Below, piece by piece: positions 26,001 through 38,370 of a stretch of 64,000 nt of DNA; within the stretch, counting starts at the first letter, position 1; the number at the start of each line of letters is the position of its first letter. The stretch is from contig QPMI01000066.1 in assembly GCA_004431415.1 (NCBI GenBank), positions 434,001 to 498,000 on the forward strand, given 5' to 3'. This DNA is from Cyanophora paradoxa CCMP329. Its lineage: Eukaryota > Plantae > Glaucophyta. The position numbers were made by a program, and so were the translations under genes. Below the pieces are notes generated by a model. That model was given only the letters and a program-made list of their open reading frames with translations, was not told the DNA's origin and searched no databases.

Positions 26001-27112
26001 AAGGGGGAAATAAAAAGAAGACCCGCGCACCAGGCTCATGTAGAAGACCCACGCCGTGAGGGCGAACAGCAGGCCGATGAGGGACACGACGAGCCAGAAG
26101 ATCACTATCGGCTCGACGTTCGCCGCCATGGACTCCGCGTTTCCTGCGCGCGCGCGGACGATATCGATATCAATCAGATCTACCGGAAGACCAGATCTAG
26201 ACTCCGGCGCGGCGGACCTGGATAGTAGAACCACGAGGTGACGGTGCCGGGGAAGCCGGGAGGGAGGGAGAGGGACATGAGCTGCGGACAGCAATACGAA
26301 TTTCAATCAATATTTGACGGATCGCGTGGAGATCAGCTAATAACAGAGCGGTAGCGACTAATATTGACCTGGGTGAAATCGTAGAGGGCGAAGATATAGG
26401 GGAGCACGACGCGTATCCAGACTCCGGGCTGCTTCCCCGTCCGGTCCGTCTATTCGAAAAGCATTAGCGACCCCGCGGCCGGTGCCGACCAGGCATGCAA
26501 AGGTGAGAGTTCTAAGCGCACCAAATAAAATAGGATGACGAATCTGCGCCCCCGCGGCAGTGGATTTAGTGAGTCACTGGACTTCAGAAGGGTGCGCGCG
26601 AGAGCCCGGCCCGGCCCCGGTGGGGCCCGGGTGCCGAGGACACGCACGTGATTTCCTCAGCCTTCTTGTACAGTATCTGCAGGGCAGAGGAGCTCTGGTT
26701 CGCCGTGAGGCGCGCCGCGTTCGGGTCTGCGGGCCGGGACCGTGAGATGCACGAATCTTATAATTAGGATCTTATAATTAGAACGACAATATCTAGAAGA
26801 CGGACCGTAGTCGTGGTAGACCTTCATCTTGCCCGCGGCCGCCGCTGCAGCTGCGGGGGGCCCGAGGACCCCGAACGAGGGGACGCCGGGGCCCAGCTGC
26901 TGGTTGCTGTCGATGCTGGCCCGGTCGCGCAGGCGGGAGCCCCGCATCCCGTGGCCGTGCCCGTGTCCGTGGTCGCGCTCTTCCGCCCGCGCGCTCTCGT
27001 GCGCGGCCACAGGGGACCTCCCCCCCCCTATCGCGAGGTCCCCAGCGGGCCCCGAGAGAACGTCAACGTTCAGGGGGCTGCCGCGGCTGCGCCTCTGCAC
27101 TGCCGCCGCCAT
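17013..27112 (-). CDS. TmcB-like (tiny macrocysts B related) polytopic membrane protein
   Basis: N-terminal TM exons (IFWLVVSLIGLLFALTAWVF, YFAVSIVILLLFVPYCLLF, RPHGRF). TPR-like region AEAIFREGMAAFPRSAYIRIAHALF and LLRKYKNSKMLLRAYADFVRSVLNDPEK. A long disordered exon at about 19400-21000, further TM helices, and the family-type tail LTEECGRSTELLRMLPKE. Stop at 17013-17015. Family assignment is from recalled motifs. Confidence 0.7.
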
Positions 27113-28602
27113 CGAATGCGGTCGCGAGCGCAGAGATATCGATCGTGCAAACGCCGCGGTTGTGCTCGGGCCGCTCGAGAATTCCGCTGGCTGCAAGTTG
27201 CCCTCTAGGTCGAAATCGATCTAGATCTGCCGGGCCTAGCCTGGGCTGTGTAGCTGCTGGGATGCAAGCTTTGAACGCTCAGCTATGTATTGCTTATCGG
27301 AGGCATTTCGCTGATACTTTGGTGCGCAGAACAGTGCCGCACTGCAAGATCCGACGGTCCGGTCCGGCTCAAAGCTTAAGCTTCCAATGGCGAGCTGATC
27401 GTGCGTATACGTACACTGCGTCGCGAGCCGCGGGCCGCCGTCCAGCGCAGAACACTGCGCGCGAGTCTGCGACACCAGTGCTCGGCTAGCCACTGAGCGC
27501 TCGGTATATGTATACCGTAGTACGTCTCCGCTGGCAGGTACAAAACAAGACGATGATCAGCTGCAGCTGCTGAACGTCTATATATGCGCCGCGGCGCTCG
27601 CTCGAATCGGACCACGCTAACCGCGCGCGCGTGCTATCGTTGAATTGAGCGTATGCTAGCTGGGGATCGCTGTAGTCTCGGCGATCGCCGGGCGCGCGCG
27701 GGCCGAGTCGCTAAGGTTAAGACCGTACGCGTCGATCGCGACCGCAGCGCTAGGTAGCAGCGCAGCACGCGCAGCAGCACGCGCACTGCGGCAGCACCGC
27801 GCCGCGTCGCATCTCGCGGCTTTCTGCTGCAGATTCGATCGTCGAGCTCCGACTCAACTCGCGTCGCACGGTCGAGTCGAGCAGCCTGCAGGGGAGGGGT
27901 ACGTGCACGGTCGTCGCATCTTGCGTTTTTTCTTCAAGATTCATTTGCGTCATCGTCACAACTGCAAGCTGCAGCCTGCAGCCTGCGCATGCAGGCTGCA
28001 GGAGCTTGCAATTGCCGCAGTGCATGCATGCCATGATGCATGCGGCGCCATGCGCAGGCTAGCAGCCGCTGAGCGCAGCTTGCAATTGCTAGGGCGGCGC
28101 CGCGGCGAGGCTAGCGCTAGCTCAACGGCTGCGCAGCCTGCGCATGCGCAGCCTGCTCAGGCCCTGCTGCGTTGCAGGCTTGCAGCCTGCGCATGCGCGC
28201 GCTCAGCGGCTAGCCGCTGAGCGCTGCTGTAGGCTGCAGGCTGCAGCTGCCTGCGCAGCTGCAGGCAGCGCAGCAAGCTAGCGATAGCTGCGCGCGCCTA
28301 GGCCAGCTGCAAATCGCAAGGGGGGCCAGCTGCTTCCCCCCCTCAAGCTTGCGGCAGTGCAATTGCTACCTGTCGGATCGATTGTCTGTCACGCTGTCCA
28401 AGTCGGCCAGTTCGCAAGATTAAGATGGCAAAAGTCTTTTTACTGTACCCTGTGAAGCGCCCGCGGCCTCGCCGCCGAGTCGCCGGCCCTAGATCGCGCG
28501 CGGCCCTCGCTGTGGACCGCAAGTTAAGTCGGCCCATGGCCAGCCCTGGCAGCTCCGCCGGCGCGGTACCAGCCCTGGCAAGTTAAGTCGGCCCAGCCTT
28601 TG

Positions 28603-29073
28603 CCGGGCGGGGCGGAGGCGCGCCGCGGCGGCGGGCGGTGGCGCGGCTCGACGGGCGCGGCAGAGGCGGGGCGGGCGGCGGCAGGCCGGGGCTGGCCGGC
28701 CGGGGCAGAGGCGCGGCGGGCGGCGGCGGGGCTCGCCGGGCGGGGCGGACTCGGGAGGCGCGGGCGGCAGCGCGGCGTAGGCGCGGCGGGCGGAGGCGCG
28801 GCGTGGCCCAGTGGCGCGGCCCGACGGGCGGGGCGGAGGTGCGGCGGGCGGCAGCGCGGCTCCCCGGGCGGGGCGGAGGCGCGGCGGGCTGCAGCGCGGC
28901 TGGCCGGCCGGGGCAGAGGCGCGGCGGGCGGCGGCGGGGTTCGCCGGGCGGGGTGGAGCCTCGGAGGCGCGGCGGGCGGAGAGGCGGAGGCGCCGCCGCT
29001 CGCCGCACGGGGCGGCGGCGCGGCGGGCGGCGGCGGGGCTCGCCGGGCGGGGCGGAGGTGCGGCGGGCGGCGA
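28603..29073. repeat. GC-rich minisatellite, ~40-bp unit, about 10 degenerate copies
   Basis: The unit GGGCGGGGCGGAGGCGCGGCGGGCGGCGGCGGGGCTCGCC recurs, for example at 28826, 28866, 28906, 28946 and 29045. Confidence 0.85.
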
Positions 29074-30188
29074 CGACCTGCAACTGCCGTCTTTGTTTAT
29101 TTAATTTTTAGACCTCACCTTGCACATCCTGAGACGAGTGGAGGGCGGGGGCGAGTCGAAGACCTAGTATTCCCGGGCTCTCCGAGTCCGCGCGCCGCGC
29201 CGGGGCTCTCGCCGGGCCGGAGGCCGCGCGCTGGCTGGAGCCTACGTATACCGGTCTACCGCCGTACCGGGTAGCCGACGTCGACTCTCTAAGCCGACTC
29301 TCTCGGGGGGCGCCGCTGAGCACATGCCCCGCCGAGGGGCGGCATCGCGACTGATTCAAGCCTTTTTCAGTCTGTTAACGTTTGAAATCAGGCCGATCAC
29401 GAATCCTCCGAATTCGAAATCAGGCTGACTCAGTGAGCCTGTTTTGCCAAGTTGCCAAGCCTGTTTCCGCCTGATTTAAGCCTAATTTAACCCCGGCTAC
29501 AGCGGAGCCGGGCGCCTGCAGAGCGACGCCGCGACCAGCAACGATCATCCATTAGCGCGCGCTTTGACCCTCTTCAGGAATAAATAATCGCGACTCCGTG
29601 CGGATGCCGCCCCGCCGGCCCCGCCCCAGTCGGTTCGGGGGACAAAATCCGATGCATCGATATCATCATTGAGTCAGGGGCGCGTCGCGCGCGGCAACGG
29701 GCGCCCGTCAGCTCGCGATCGCGCAGGCTTCCCCCCAAGTTCCCGGGTCCTGTGCACCGCTGCGCAGCGGGAGGTCCCAGGCCCTGAGGGCGCACTGCCT
29801 GCCGTGGCCCCCCCTCCAGGTCCGAAAACGTTAACCGTCGAGTGTTCGGAACCCGGCATATATACCCGCTCCGCACGAAACCAAACATTACGCGCGTAGC
29901 TGCGGCATACTAGCTTACGATTATGCTGCGGGTTTCGTGCCAATCGCTTCTCTTCGAATTCATTGTTCCAGACCGCGGCCGCCTATAGCTAAGCCAGACG
30001 CGCTCGCCACATCGTCGACCGAGTCCGCGCGCGCTTCTACGCTTATCATTGCACGTTGAAGCTGTGAAGGCTCGAGCTCGACCTATGCTGCACCCGCGAG
30101 GCCAGCGACTGCAAGGGAGCTCTGTCCCCCGGGGCACGTCTCACGGTCAGTTCAACGAGAAGAAGTATGTTAATCATATGGCGCGTGA

Positions 30189-33100
30189 TCATGGGCTCGA
30201 GGGCGGCACCTCGAGCGCCCCTTCGTCGCACATGTACGCGGCCTCGAAATCGTCGTCCTCGATCTCCATCTCCTGCAAGAGGTTACATTAATACTTCTGA
30301 TATTAACTTAGTAACTAGTAACATTAATTGCAGCTGGAACCAGCCATTAATATTGAAGAAACCGGGAGATCTAACCGCGCACGCACCTCGAGCGTGGCGC
30401 TCTCCTCATCGAGGGTGACAACGGCATTTACGTCCTCGTCGAGGCGGCTGTACGGCTCCGAGCACGTCGCGCTGATCTTGCCATCCGAGCCGATCTTGCA
30501 GCACTTGAACTTGTTCGTGGACGAGTCGTAGACGCGCGCGTACTTGTTGGCGGGGCCTGAGTTGTATCTGTCGATCGTCGTGATCAGCGCACTGCGGCAC
30601 GCCTGCTGCTATTGCAATTGCTAGCGCTGCTAGTCGAGAAGCGCAAGCCAAGGGTCCGGATTATTACCGCTCGTAGTACTCATCCACGTTGTACTCCATC
30701 GAATAGGCCCGGAAGTCGCAGTAGCTCGCGTCGATCGTAGTGCCGCTCGGAGAGCTCGAGGCAATGGGGGTGAGGGTTTTGATGGTGCCGCCGGGCTCTC
30801 TAGCAGCCACGATCTTTGCTGTGACTGTGTACGCATTGTTCTGGAAAGTGTCCACGACGGGGGGGCATGTGAGTCTGGTCATAGAAAGATTGAGGTCATC
30901 AGCCGCGCGTGCGATTCCGTGAAACAACGCTGAATTCTTTGCCAGCCACGCACGGGTCCTTGTTCTGAGCGTAGGCAACGACGTTGTTGCACTGCCTGTT
31001 CATGACCAGGGTTCAATGTTAGCAACATATATAGCATTATATTATAATTTTATATTATCCGTGATCAAAAGTGCTGGCAAGGAGCACGCACAGATCCGAG
31101 CAGCATTGCGCGAGCTTCTGGCATGTTCCTGCACGCAGTCGGAGTCGGAAGGAAATTAAATCACACGATCATGCACCCATTACATTAGTATTTGAACCAT
31201 TCTTAATGACTGGAATGGTCTGGAGAAATCGCAACAGCCTACATTATTTGATTCTAAAGATGTGGTGAGGGGAAGATGCATCGTGTGCATCTAGATGTGA
31301 TTTTACGGACTATAGCTAGCGAGAATGCTAACATGTCTACTTCGCGATATGTAGCTCGCAATTCGGCCAACAAGCGTTTTCTACTATGAACGCCTCTTTC
31401 CTGTTTGGAGCGATTGTCTGTATCGCAAGTCGATTAAAATGGGCGAGAAATAGGTCGCGAATCGTGAGGGGAGATCAAAATATCGACATGAGCTGGCAAA
31501 TGACGAATGCGGGATATATACCGAACAGATAGAATAAGTTCTTCACTAAAACTATTTACCTGAGTGGGGGTCCTTGTAGGCGCGGGCACTGGCGTTCTTG
31601 CACATAGGAGTTCCGATGGCCCCTCCGACGCTGAGCGCAAGACGCATTGGGTTTCAATCAATTTGCGCACTATTTGGGATCCGGATGCGCGCGCATGCAT
31701 CGTTAATTATAATGAAAGTGCAAAGACGTACTAGTTATATAGCTTCGATCCGCCGACGATGTCGTAAATACCGGCCCCCACTTCCGTCCCCGACGCACAG
31801 TTGAGACTGCGAAAACTGAAGTCAATGCCGCGGAGCGCAGAGCCTCGGAGGGCGAGGGAGTCCGTCAGCACCTCGAGTAGCAGATCTTTTCACGCGCGCG
31901 TATCGATGCATTTAATAATCAGTCGATTTATAATTACGAGAAAAGCTGGAGTAGGAAAATGTTAAGCACTAAGAAAACTTAAATAAGCACCGGCACGCGG
32001 TTCGTGCAAGTGCCGTTATTATTGTAGTACAGGTATTCATTGTACGTATCCAGCCCGCAGGCGTCACTGCGATTCTCAATATAAGCTTAAGCTTGAAAGA
32101 TATGCCTAGCATCATGCGTGCACGCACACGCCATCGCTCGAAGAAAAGATCGAGTCGCCGGTGCAAGTGCTGGGCGTATGGAGGAGAAATAGTGAGTACG
32201 ACGTCGACGCGAAAATGCGCAGGAAGATAGAGAAGAACTGCATTCCGGCACGGACTTTGACTTGAAGCAAACCTGCGAGAATAGAGCGCAGCACGGGCGT
32301 CAGGTCTGCAAACGTGAACAAAATGTCCAATTGCTGAAAAGATGCTTACGGCCGGCTGCTTGCAGGTCATGGGGCCAGTACTCTCGATAAAAGACTTGCA
32401 AGTATTTCCATTCGCGTCTTTGCCGCATTTGTTGAAGTCGAAAGACATGCCTTGAATGCTGAAAGCTGGACCACTGCAGTCTTCCGAAAGGAAGCAGGCG
32501 CTGCAAGTACGCAACAGCAAATAAATATGCGAATTCTCTTGATCGGACAATCGCATTTCAAATTTATGTTGTTCAATTACAGTAGTAATATATAACTAGA
32601 CCCCTATTTCGCGATCGCGCAGGCGCACCTTTTCCCGGTAATTTTCGTGCAGCTTCCTCCGGTGTCCTTGCCCGTGAAATACTCGCTGCAGCAACGTGCG
32701 TGTGTCATGGCGCATCATCACTGCGAGTGCGCAGCACAAGACAGCAAGCACCTGGGGCAATTCTTGATGAGGTTCGTCGACAATACAATGCCAGTGTCGG
32801 AACAGTTCTGACGAGCGCATATGTCAGGACATATTGCATACGAGGGCCCAGCCTATATATCACTAAAAGGCGCCCGGCTTGCTTGCTTGCCTTGGTCATG
32901 TGGCAGGTGGCCTGCGAAGACGAAGGGGGTCAGCTTGCGAATGCGCAGGGGCTCTCGACGCACGAGACATGAAAGTGCGAACCATCTTAGAGCACTTCGA
33001 AGATCCTCCGCCAATGAAGCTTTGGGTACCCGTTGGGCATGTCACCGTATTTTGATTTTCCCACGAGTTCGCCGGAGGGCTGCGTTGCGACCGCGAGTGG

Positions 33101-36100
33101 TTTGCGTTGGATTCGGCAGCAAGATTTCATATTGAATGATCCATGCAAATATATAGCGGTTGGGGCGCATGCCGATGGGCATTGTTTTAGGATAATGATG
33201 TCGAATATGATTATATAAATAGCTCTCGATTTCATTTCTTTCGGGAAGCGTAAGGTAGGAGCTCGCACGTCTCAGTTCCGTATACGCTCGTTCCAGAGCA
33301 GTCGGCCTTCGCACGCGAAATTAAATAAGCGAACTGCAAACAAGCCAGTAAAATTTAAGAAGCCGAACTGGTTACCGTTGTAAAGCACTTCGGAGCAACT
33401 AGGCTACAGGCGGACCCCGTGGCTGCCGCCTTCACGGCGACGGCGCCGGTGACAGCGGCGCAGCTCTTTCTGCACGCGAAACGCAAACAGCAGTCATGAT
33501 CAGTCAGGGCGTCTGCTTAAGCAGCCACTCAGTGGAGAGAAGCCAAAATCACGGACACAGACGCGGCGGCTTCCGTGCCGTAGACGGGCGTGTCCGAGCT
33601 GCGCCGCGGTCAACGGCACGAGAAGCCAGAAGACGGCGAGCTCGATCTTGCAATTACAGCTTCGCGAGCATGGCTCTTACCAGGTGTCCGTCTTGTAGCA
33701 AGCAGCTCGATTTGTGCACTGGTTATTGGTTGTGTCCAGGAAGGAAGCAGTGGTCCCTGTGTTCACACAACGTTAGCTACATGTATATGAACATTAGCTA
33801 TATTGATAGCGCTGTACATATACGATATAATATTGTCAGAGAAGCGTGATGGAAATCCGAACCTGCCAGGCACTCTTCCGCTTTCGAGACAGTTGCAAGG
33901 ACGCTCCCGCTGCAATCTGGAGCCGCATAGCACTTGATGTTTGTCGCCTTGCATATGCCGTCGCTCAGGCTCTTAAAGCTCAGCGTCGAGTCTGTCGGGC
34001 ACTTGTCGCTAGGCGCGCGTCAGTCCGGATATCAAATTTCCAGGGCGAATTGGAAATCGTGCGGGGAGTCTCGTACGCAGAAAACGCAAACATCTTGCCC
34101 GCCTGGCAACTGGTGTCCGTCTGCCCGCAATGTGTCAACTAAATAATTTCTGCAACACAGAGAGCAGAAGAACTTCGGAGCGCACATAGCACTCGACGCC
34201 CCTCTGCACCCCGCTGCTAGAACACGTGTAGGAAGAATAGCCAGCCTCCTTCACAGCTTGAGTACCCGCCGGGCAGCGGTTGTACGCGTCCTCGTTGCTC
34301 ACCCCCGCCGGCTTGCTGCGCACGTCGAACAGAAATTAAGACGAATCGTTGTCGTTTTCTTTTACCGAGCTAGCGCTTGTAATTCATGTAATGCCCAGAA
34401 AACCCGCAATATTAATCGCACTACAGATCGTAGCTCGTCATCGTGCCGGCGTCCGAACAGTTGAAGGTCGAGAAACTGCACATTCAGCCTCAGTTCGCGA
34501 ATCTTCGCTGCTGATGAGCGACTATAGCTAAATGGTACCAAATCAATTTGCGAATGGTGCAGTTTCCGTAGTTCTCCTTAGATATAGTCTGCCAGCGTAT
34601 ACGTACTGTTCTGTCAGATCTAGATATGCGAACGAATGGCAATGGCAACGTCAAATTCGTATGTGCTAAGCGCACCGCTGCAGTACCAGCTGGGCAGTTC
34701 GCCTTGTCGAAGACGTACGTCGGAGTGGTGCCGCACTTGTGATCGGAGTAGCTGTAGATTGCGATTGCACAAGCGGTGAGGATAAGGAGTAATTTGGCGA
34801 TTGAGTAAGAAACGAGCTGTCGGTATATACGTACCAGGCAGTGCCCAGCTGGGGGCTGTAGTTACACTGATGCGATCCAGTGTCTGCATCCCTGACTGAT
34901 TTGGTGCCAATCTGACCATGGACCCCGAATATCAAATTATTTATAAGAGCCCGAAAAGATATCGATTGCTATAATTACAAGTGCAATAACCGCTGACCGG
35001 GCAGCGGCCCCAAGCTTGTTCATCCGTGACTCCAGGTGGCTGGCTATTGGACTGTTAGCTAAGAAAAGAGATTCATCTAGCTCTTCTTCGCACTAAAGCT
35101 TGCATCTGAGTATACAATTGGAGGGGAGGCGCGCCAAAGAGACGCACTACTTTTCGAAAGGATTACCGGTGGCGTCTTTCCCGATTGAGGGCTTGGTTGA
35201 ACAATACCTGTTGTTTCGGCGATCGCTGAGCTCCACTCGAGAAAGCAATCGATATCTATCAGGAAAGGGCTCACCTATCGGTATAGCAGAACAAGTTCGC
35301 TGATTTGCATTGATATTCGTCATCTTTCTTGAAGGAGTTCGCTGATATGAATGCGAAGGCGTTAGAGTGTACATATATATTGCGAATGGCACATATTCTA
35401 TTTAATTATATAATTATTCACCTGAATCCGGGCATTTCGACCTGATCGCAAGTGCAAGCTGTGAGAAATCGGGCCGGCGTGATTTGTAGGGGGGGCCGAG
35501 GAGGCGACTCACACGTCAAACGCGCGGACAGACGTCCCAGATTCAGTGCAGTCGGTGCTCTGCGCAATTCGAGTCAGCCCGAGCACGATATACATGTACT
35601 ATTATATATAATTACTTCGCTCTAAAAAGCTATAGCCAGTTAGCGAGGAAATAGCGGGAGTTGTCTTCGCTCATTATTTTTAGTGTTTCAGCACGAAATT
35701 AAAAGCTCTCTAGTTGAACGATTCCAGCGTATAAGAATCGTGATCACCTGGTAGCAAGTTCCTCCGTTCTTGACGCTCCAGTAGTTACAAATATTCGAAT
35801 ACGCCCCTCCAATACTGAAAGCTTTTGTCCTATACATGTCGAAGAAATCGGAGAATTAGCTTGCGCTTTGGGATTTCTAGCTTACATTCGTCACATCAAT
35901 ATCAAACTTATTACCCATCCGGGCAGCGAAGCCACGCGTCATGGTCCGAGACGCCGCTCGGCTGGCTGCAAGAACGAAAATATATGAGCTTTTCAAAAAG
36001 TTTTCCTGTGGTATGACTATGACACATTTAAAGTAAGGAGACCATTTAGGAAGCTAGAATATCTATTAGCTTCAAATTTCGAGTTTTAGAAACCGATCGA

Positions 36101-37170
36101 TTAATATTGCAAGGCCGTGAGACGTCTCGCACTACTCAGTATAGACGTTGCCGGCGGCGTCCTTGGCAATCGTTGGAGTACCGTTGCAATAGCTGTCGGG
36201 ATAGCAGAGGAGAGCCGAGCGAGTGCATGTGTCGCCGCTCCCGTTCAGGTTCCAGCTCGCAGTCGTTGAGGGACACTTCGCGCTGCTCACGACCGAGAGC
36301 ACAGAAATGTTACTAAAGTTAGCGGAACGCGCAGCATGAATTCGAATGGGACATCGATGAACTGCCCGGCCATGGCCAGTGCATGCGCACGTGTCCTGCC
36401 CATAGATGTAGGTGACATCGCTTCCGGTGCTCTTGCAATTCAAGTCCTTGTGGCAAACGACGAATTTGTGGGCGGCTTTGCATGTGCGGTCGCCCCCGTT
36501 CTTGTACGCCAGAGTACCACCCTGGCGGCGAAGGCGACGTCAATATCCATGCGGGGAACTCTAAATAAACACCGTGGCACTGTTTGTGCATGTGGCCATG
36601 GGCAACGGGGCGTATGTGTGTACGTACCGGGCAGCGGGCAAATGCTAGTTCGTTGGTCGTGGTCCCGGGCTGGCTGCGGTCGCAATTAATCCGATGATCG
36701 TGCGTCAATCGCGCTGAAACTGGGACGGGGCAGTGCGCACTACTCAGTGACGGGGCTGTTTGAAGCTGGGTCCCGTCCAACCGTCGGAGTGCCGGAACAG
36801 TCGCTGCGTAAACGATATCGATTGATTGGATGCGTATAGTAATAGCTGGGAAAGGAATGCTTGAGAAGCTAGCGCTAGTACTGAGTATGTATACCTGGAA
36901 GCATAGCATAACAGTTTGGCTGGCACGCAAGCGTCGCTGCCTCGCGCTTGCCCGGAGAAGTAGGCGGCGTTCGAGCAGAAGGTAGTGACAGAATCACCGC
37001 TGCAATGCGATGGTCAGCTTCGAATTCGGAGATCGAGCTCGTAATGACCCGCCGGGGCGTATACGTATATATATACATACGCACCTATCGGCGCTCTGCG
37101 CCACGCTCCCGGAACAGTCCGTTGAAGTGTAGCACTTCGCCGGAGACGGCTTGGAAACCAACGGGCCCAT
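30189..37170 (-). CDS. Large Cys-rich repeat protein of unknown function (30 or more short exons)
   Basis: ATG 37170 gives MGPLVSKPSPAKCYTSTDCSG. Recurrent modules after splicing: KCFTT|ADCSGTSVYGTET, ACYKTDTC|SDTPVYGTE, ACFLSEDCSG, LCYPDSYCNGTP. Terminal exons ...CSEPYSRLDEDVNAVVTLDEESATLE|EMEIEDDDFEAAYMCDEGALEVPPSSP*. Could be two adjacent genes. Confidence 0.6.
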
Positions 37171-37665
37171 TGCGGCAGATTGTCTGTTCTAAACGACCTA
37201 GCTATAGGCCTGTCGAACTTCCGAAGTTCGAATTCCGAAGTTCGGAATGCGAAGCGCACGAGGCGACGGCGAGGGGGCCGGGGCGGTCGGCGTCGCGTCG
37301 CCGCTGGCTGCAGACTCGATGCTCTAGACTCTGTGAGAGTCTAGAACCCAGATCGATATCGTCCGACGGTCGGAAGAGACCCGATGATCTAGCGCTGCCG
37401 CCGTCGTAGACTCGTCACTCGTAGCCTGCCGAGCTCGAGCCTCCGGAGTCCGGAGCCTCGGAGCCAGACTCTGAGACTCTAGACTGAGACTCTGAGACTC
37501 CCCGGAGACTGAGAGTCCCCGAGTCCGACTCCAGGCGCCGGGCCGCCGGGCGGATCATCGGATGCTCAGCGGCTCATTGCCAGTGCTCACTGCTCACTGG
37601 CACTGTCTGGCAGCCGGCATGCTCGGGAGTCGGGACTCGGGAGTCGGTACCGTAGGCCCGGCGTA

Positions 37666-37930
37666 GGGCACTTAAGTACCGCGGGCACTTAACTAACGCG
37701 GTACCAAATCAACGCGCCAAATGTTTGTTAAAACGCGGTAATTTAATTGGTACCGTGGTAATTTGCTGCTGAAGTCGCCCCATACTGACATGATGATACT
37801 GTACCACCTAAAATTACTGCCCCATACAAGCCTCAAATTTTTAAAACCGCGTTAATTTGGTACCGCGGTATTTCGCTCAGAGGGCCATTTTTGAAACCGC
37901 GTTAATTAACGCCGCAGTAATTTAGTGCCC
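37666..37930. mobile_element. MITE-like element with imperfect ~40-bp terminal inverted repeats
   Basis: Left end GGGCACTTAAGTACCGCGG...TTAACTAACGCGGT. Reverse complement of the right end GGGCACTAAATTACTGCGG...TTAATTAACGCGGT. AT-rich interior with internal ACCGCGG/AACGCGGT repeats. No clear target-site duplication. Confidence 0.65.
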
Positions 37931-38013
37931 GATCGCGACGGTAGTAGAGAGTCGGCCGCGGTACACAGTACCGGACCTACGCACCGGTATATATACCGTG
38001 TACGTACTACGGT

Positions 38014-38370
38014 ATAGAGCTGCGGCTCGAGCTCAAAACCTGCGGCTCGAGCCAGCTAGAGCCGGCCCGCTCCAGCCTCGAGCCAGCTCGAGCCGGGCTC
38101 GAGCCGACCTGTATTTAATGACTCGCGATCGGGAGTCGGGACCGCGACATGTACACGCGCTGGAAACGAGCTGTCTACGTCAGAGGCCGTCGGAGGCCGC
38201 CTCTCGCCTCCCTCCGGGATCCGGCTCGAGCCCGGCTGGCCGGCTCGCCCTAGCTCGCCCCCCCCCTGGCTCGAGCCAGCCCTCCCCTCTCGGCTCGAGC
38301 CGCCGGCTCGAGCGAGCCGCCCCTCGCCATGGCCACGAGCCGGCTCGAGCCGGGGAAAAGGTCGGCTCGT
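38014..38370. repeat. Two clusters of the palindrome (GG)CTCGAG(CC), five copies each
   Basis: Copies lie at about 38023-38105 and 38222-38350, separated by a unique spacer. Confidence 0.7.
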
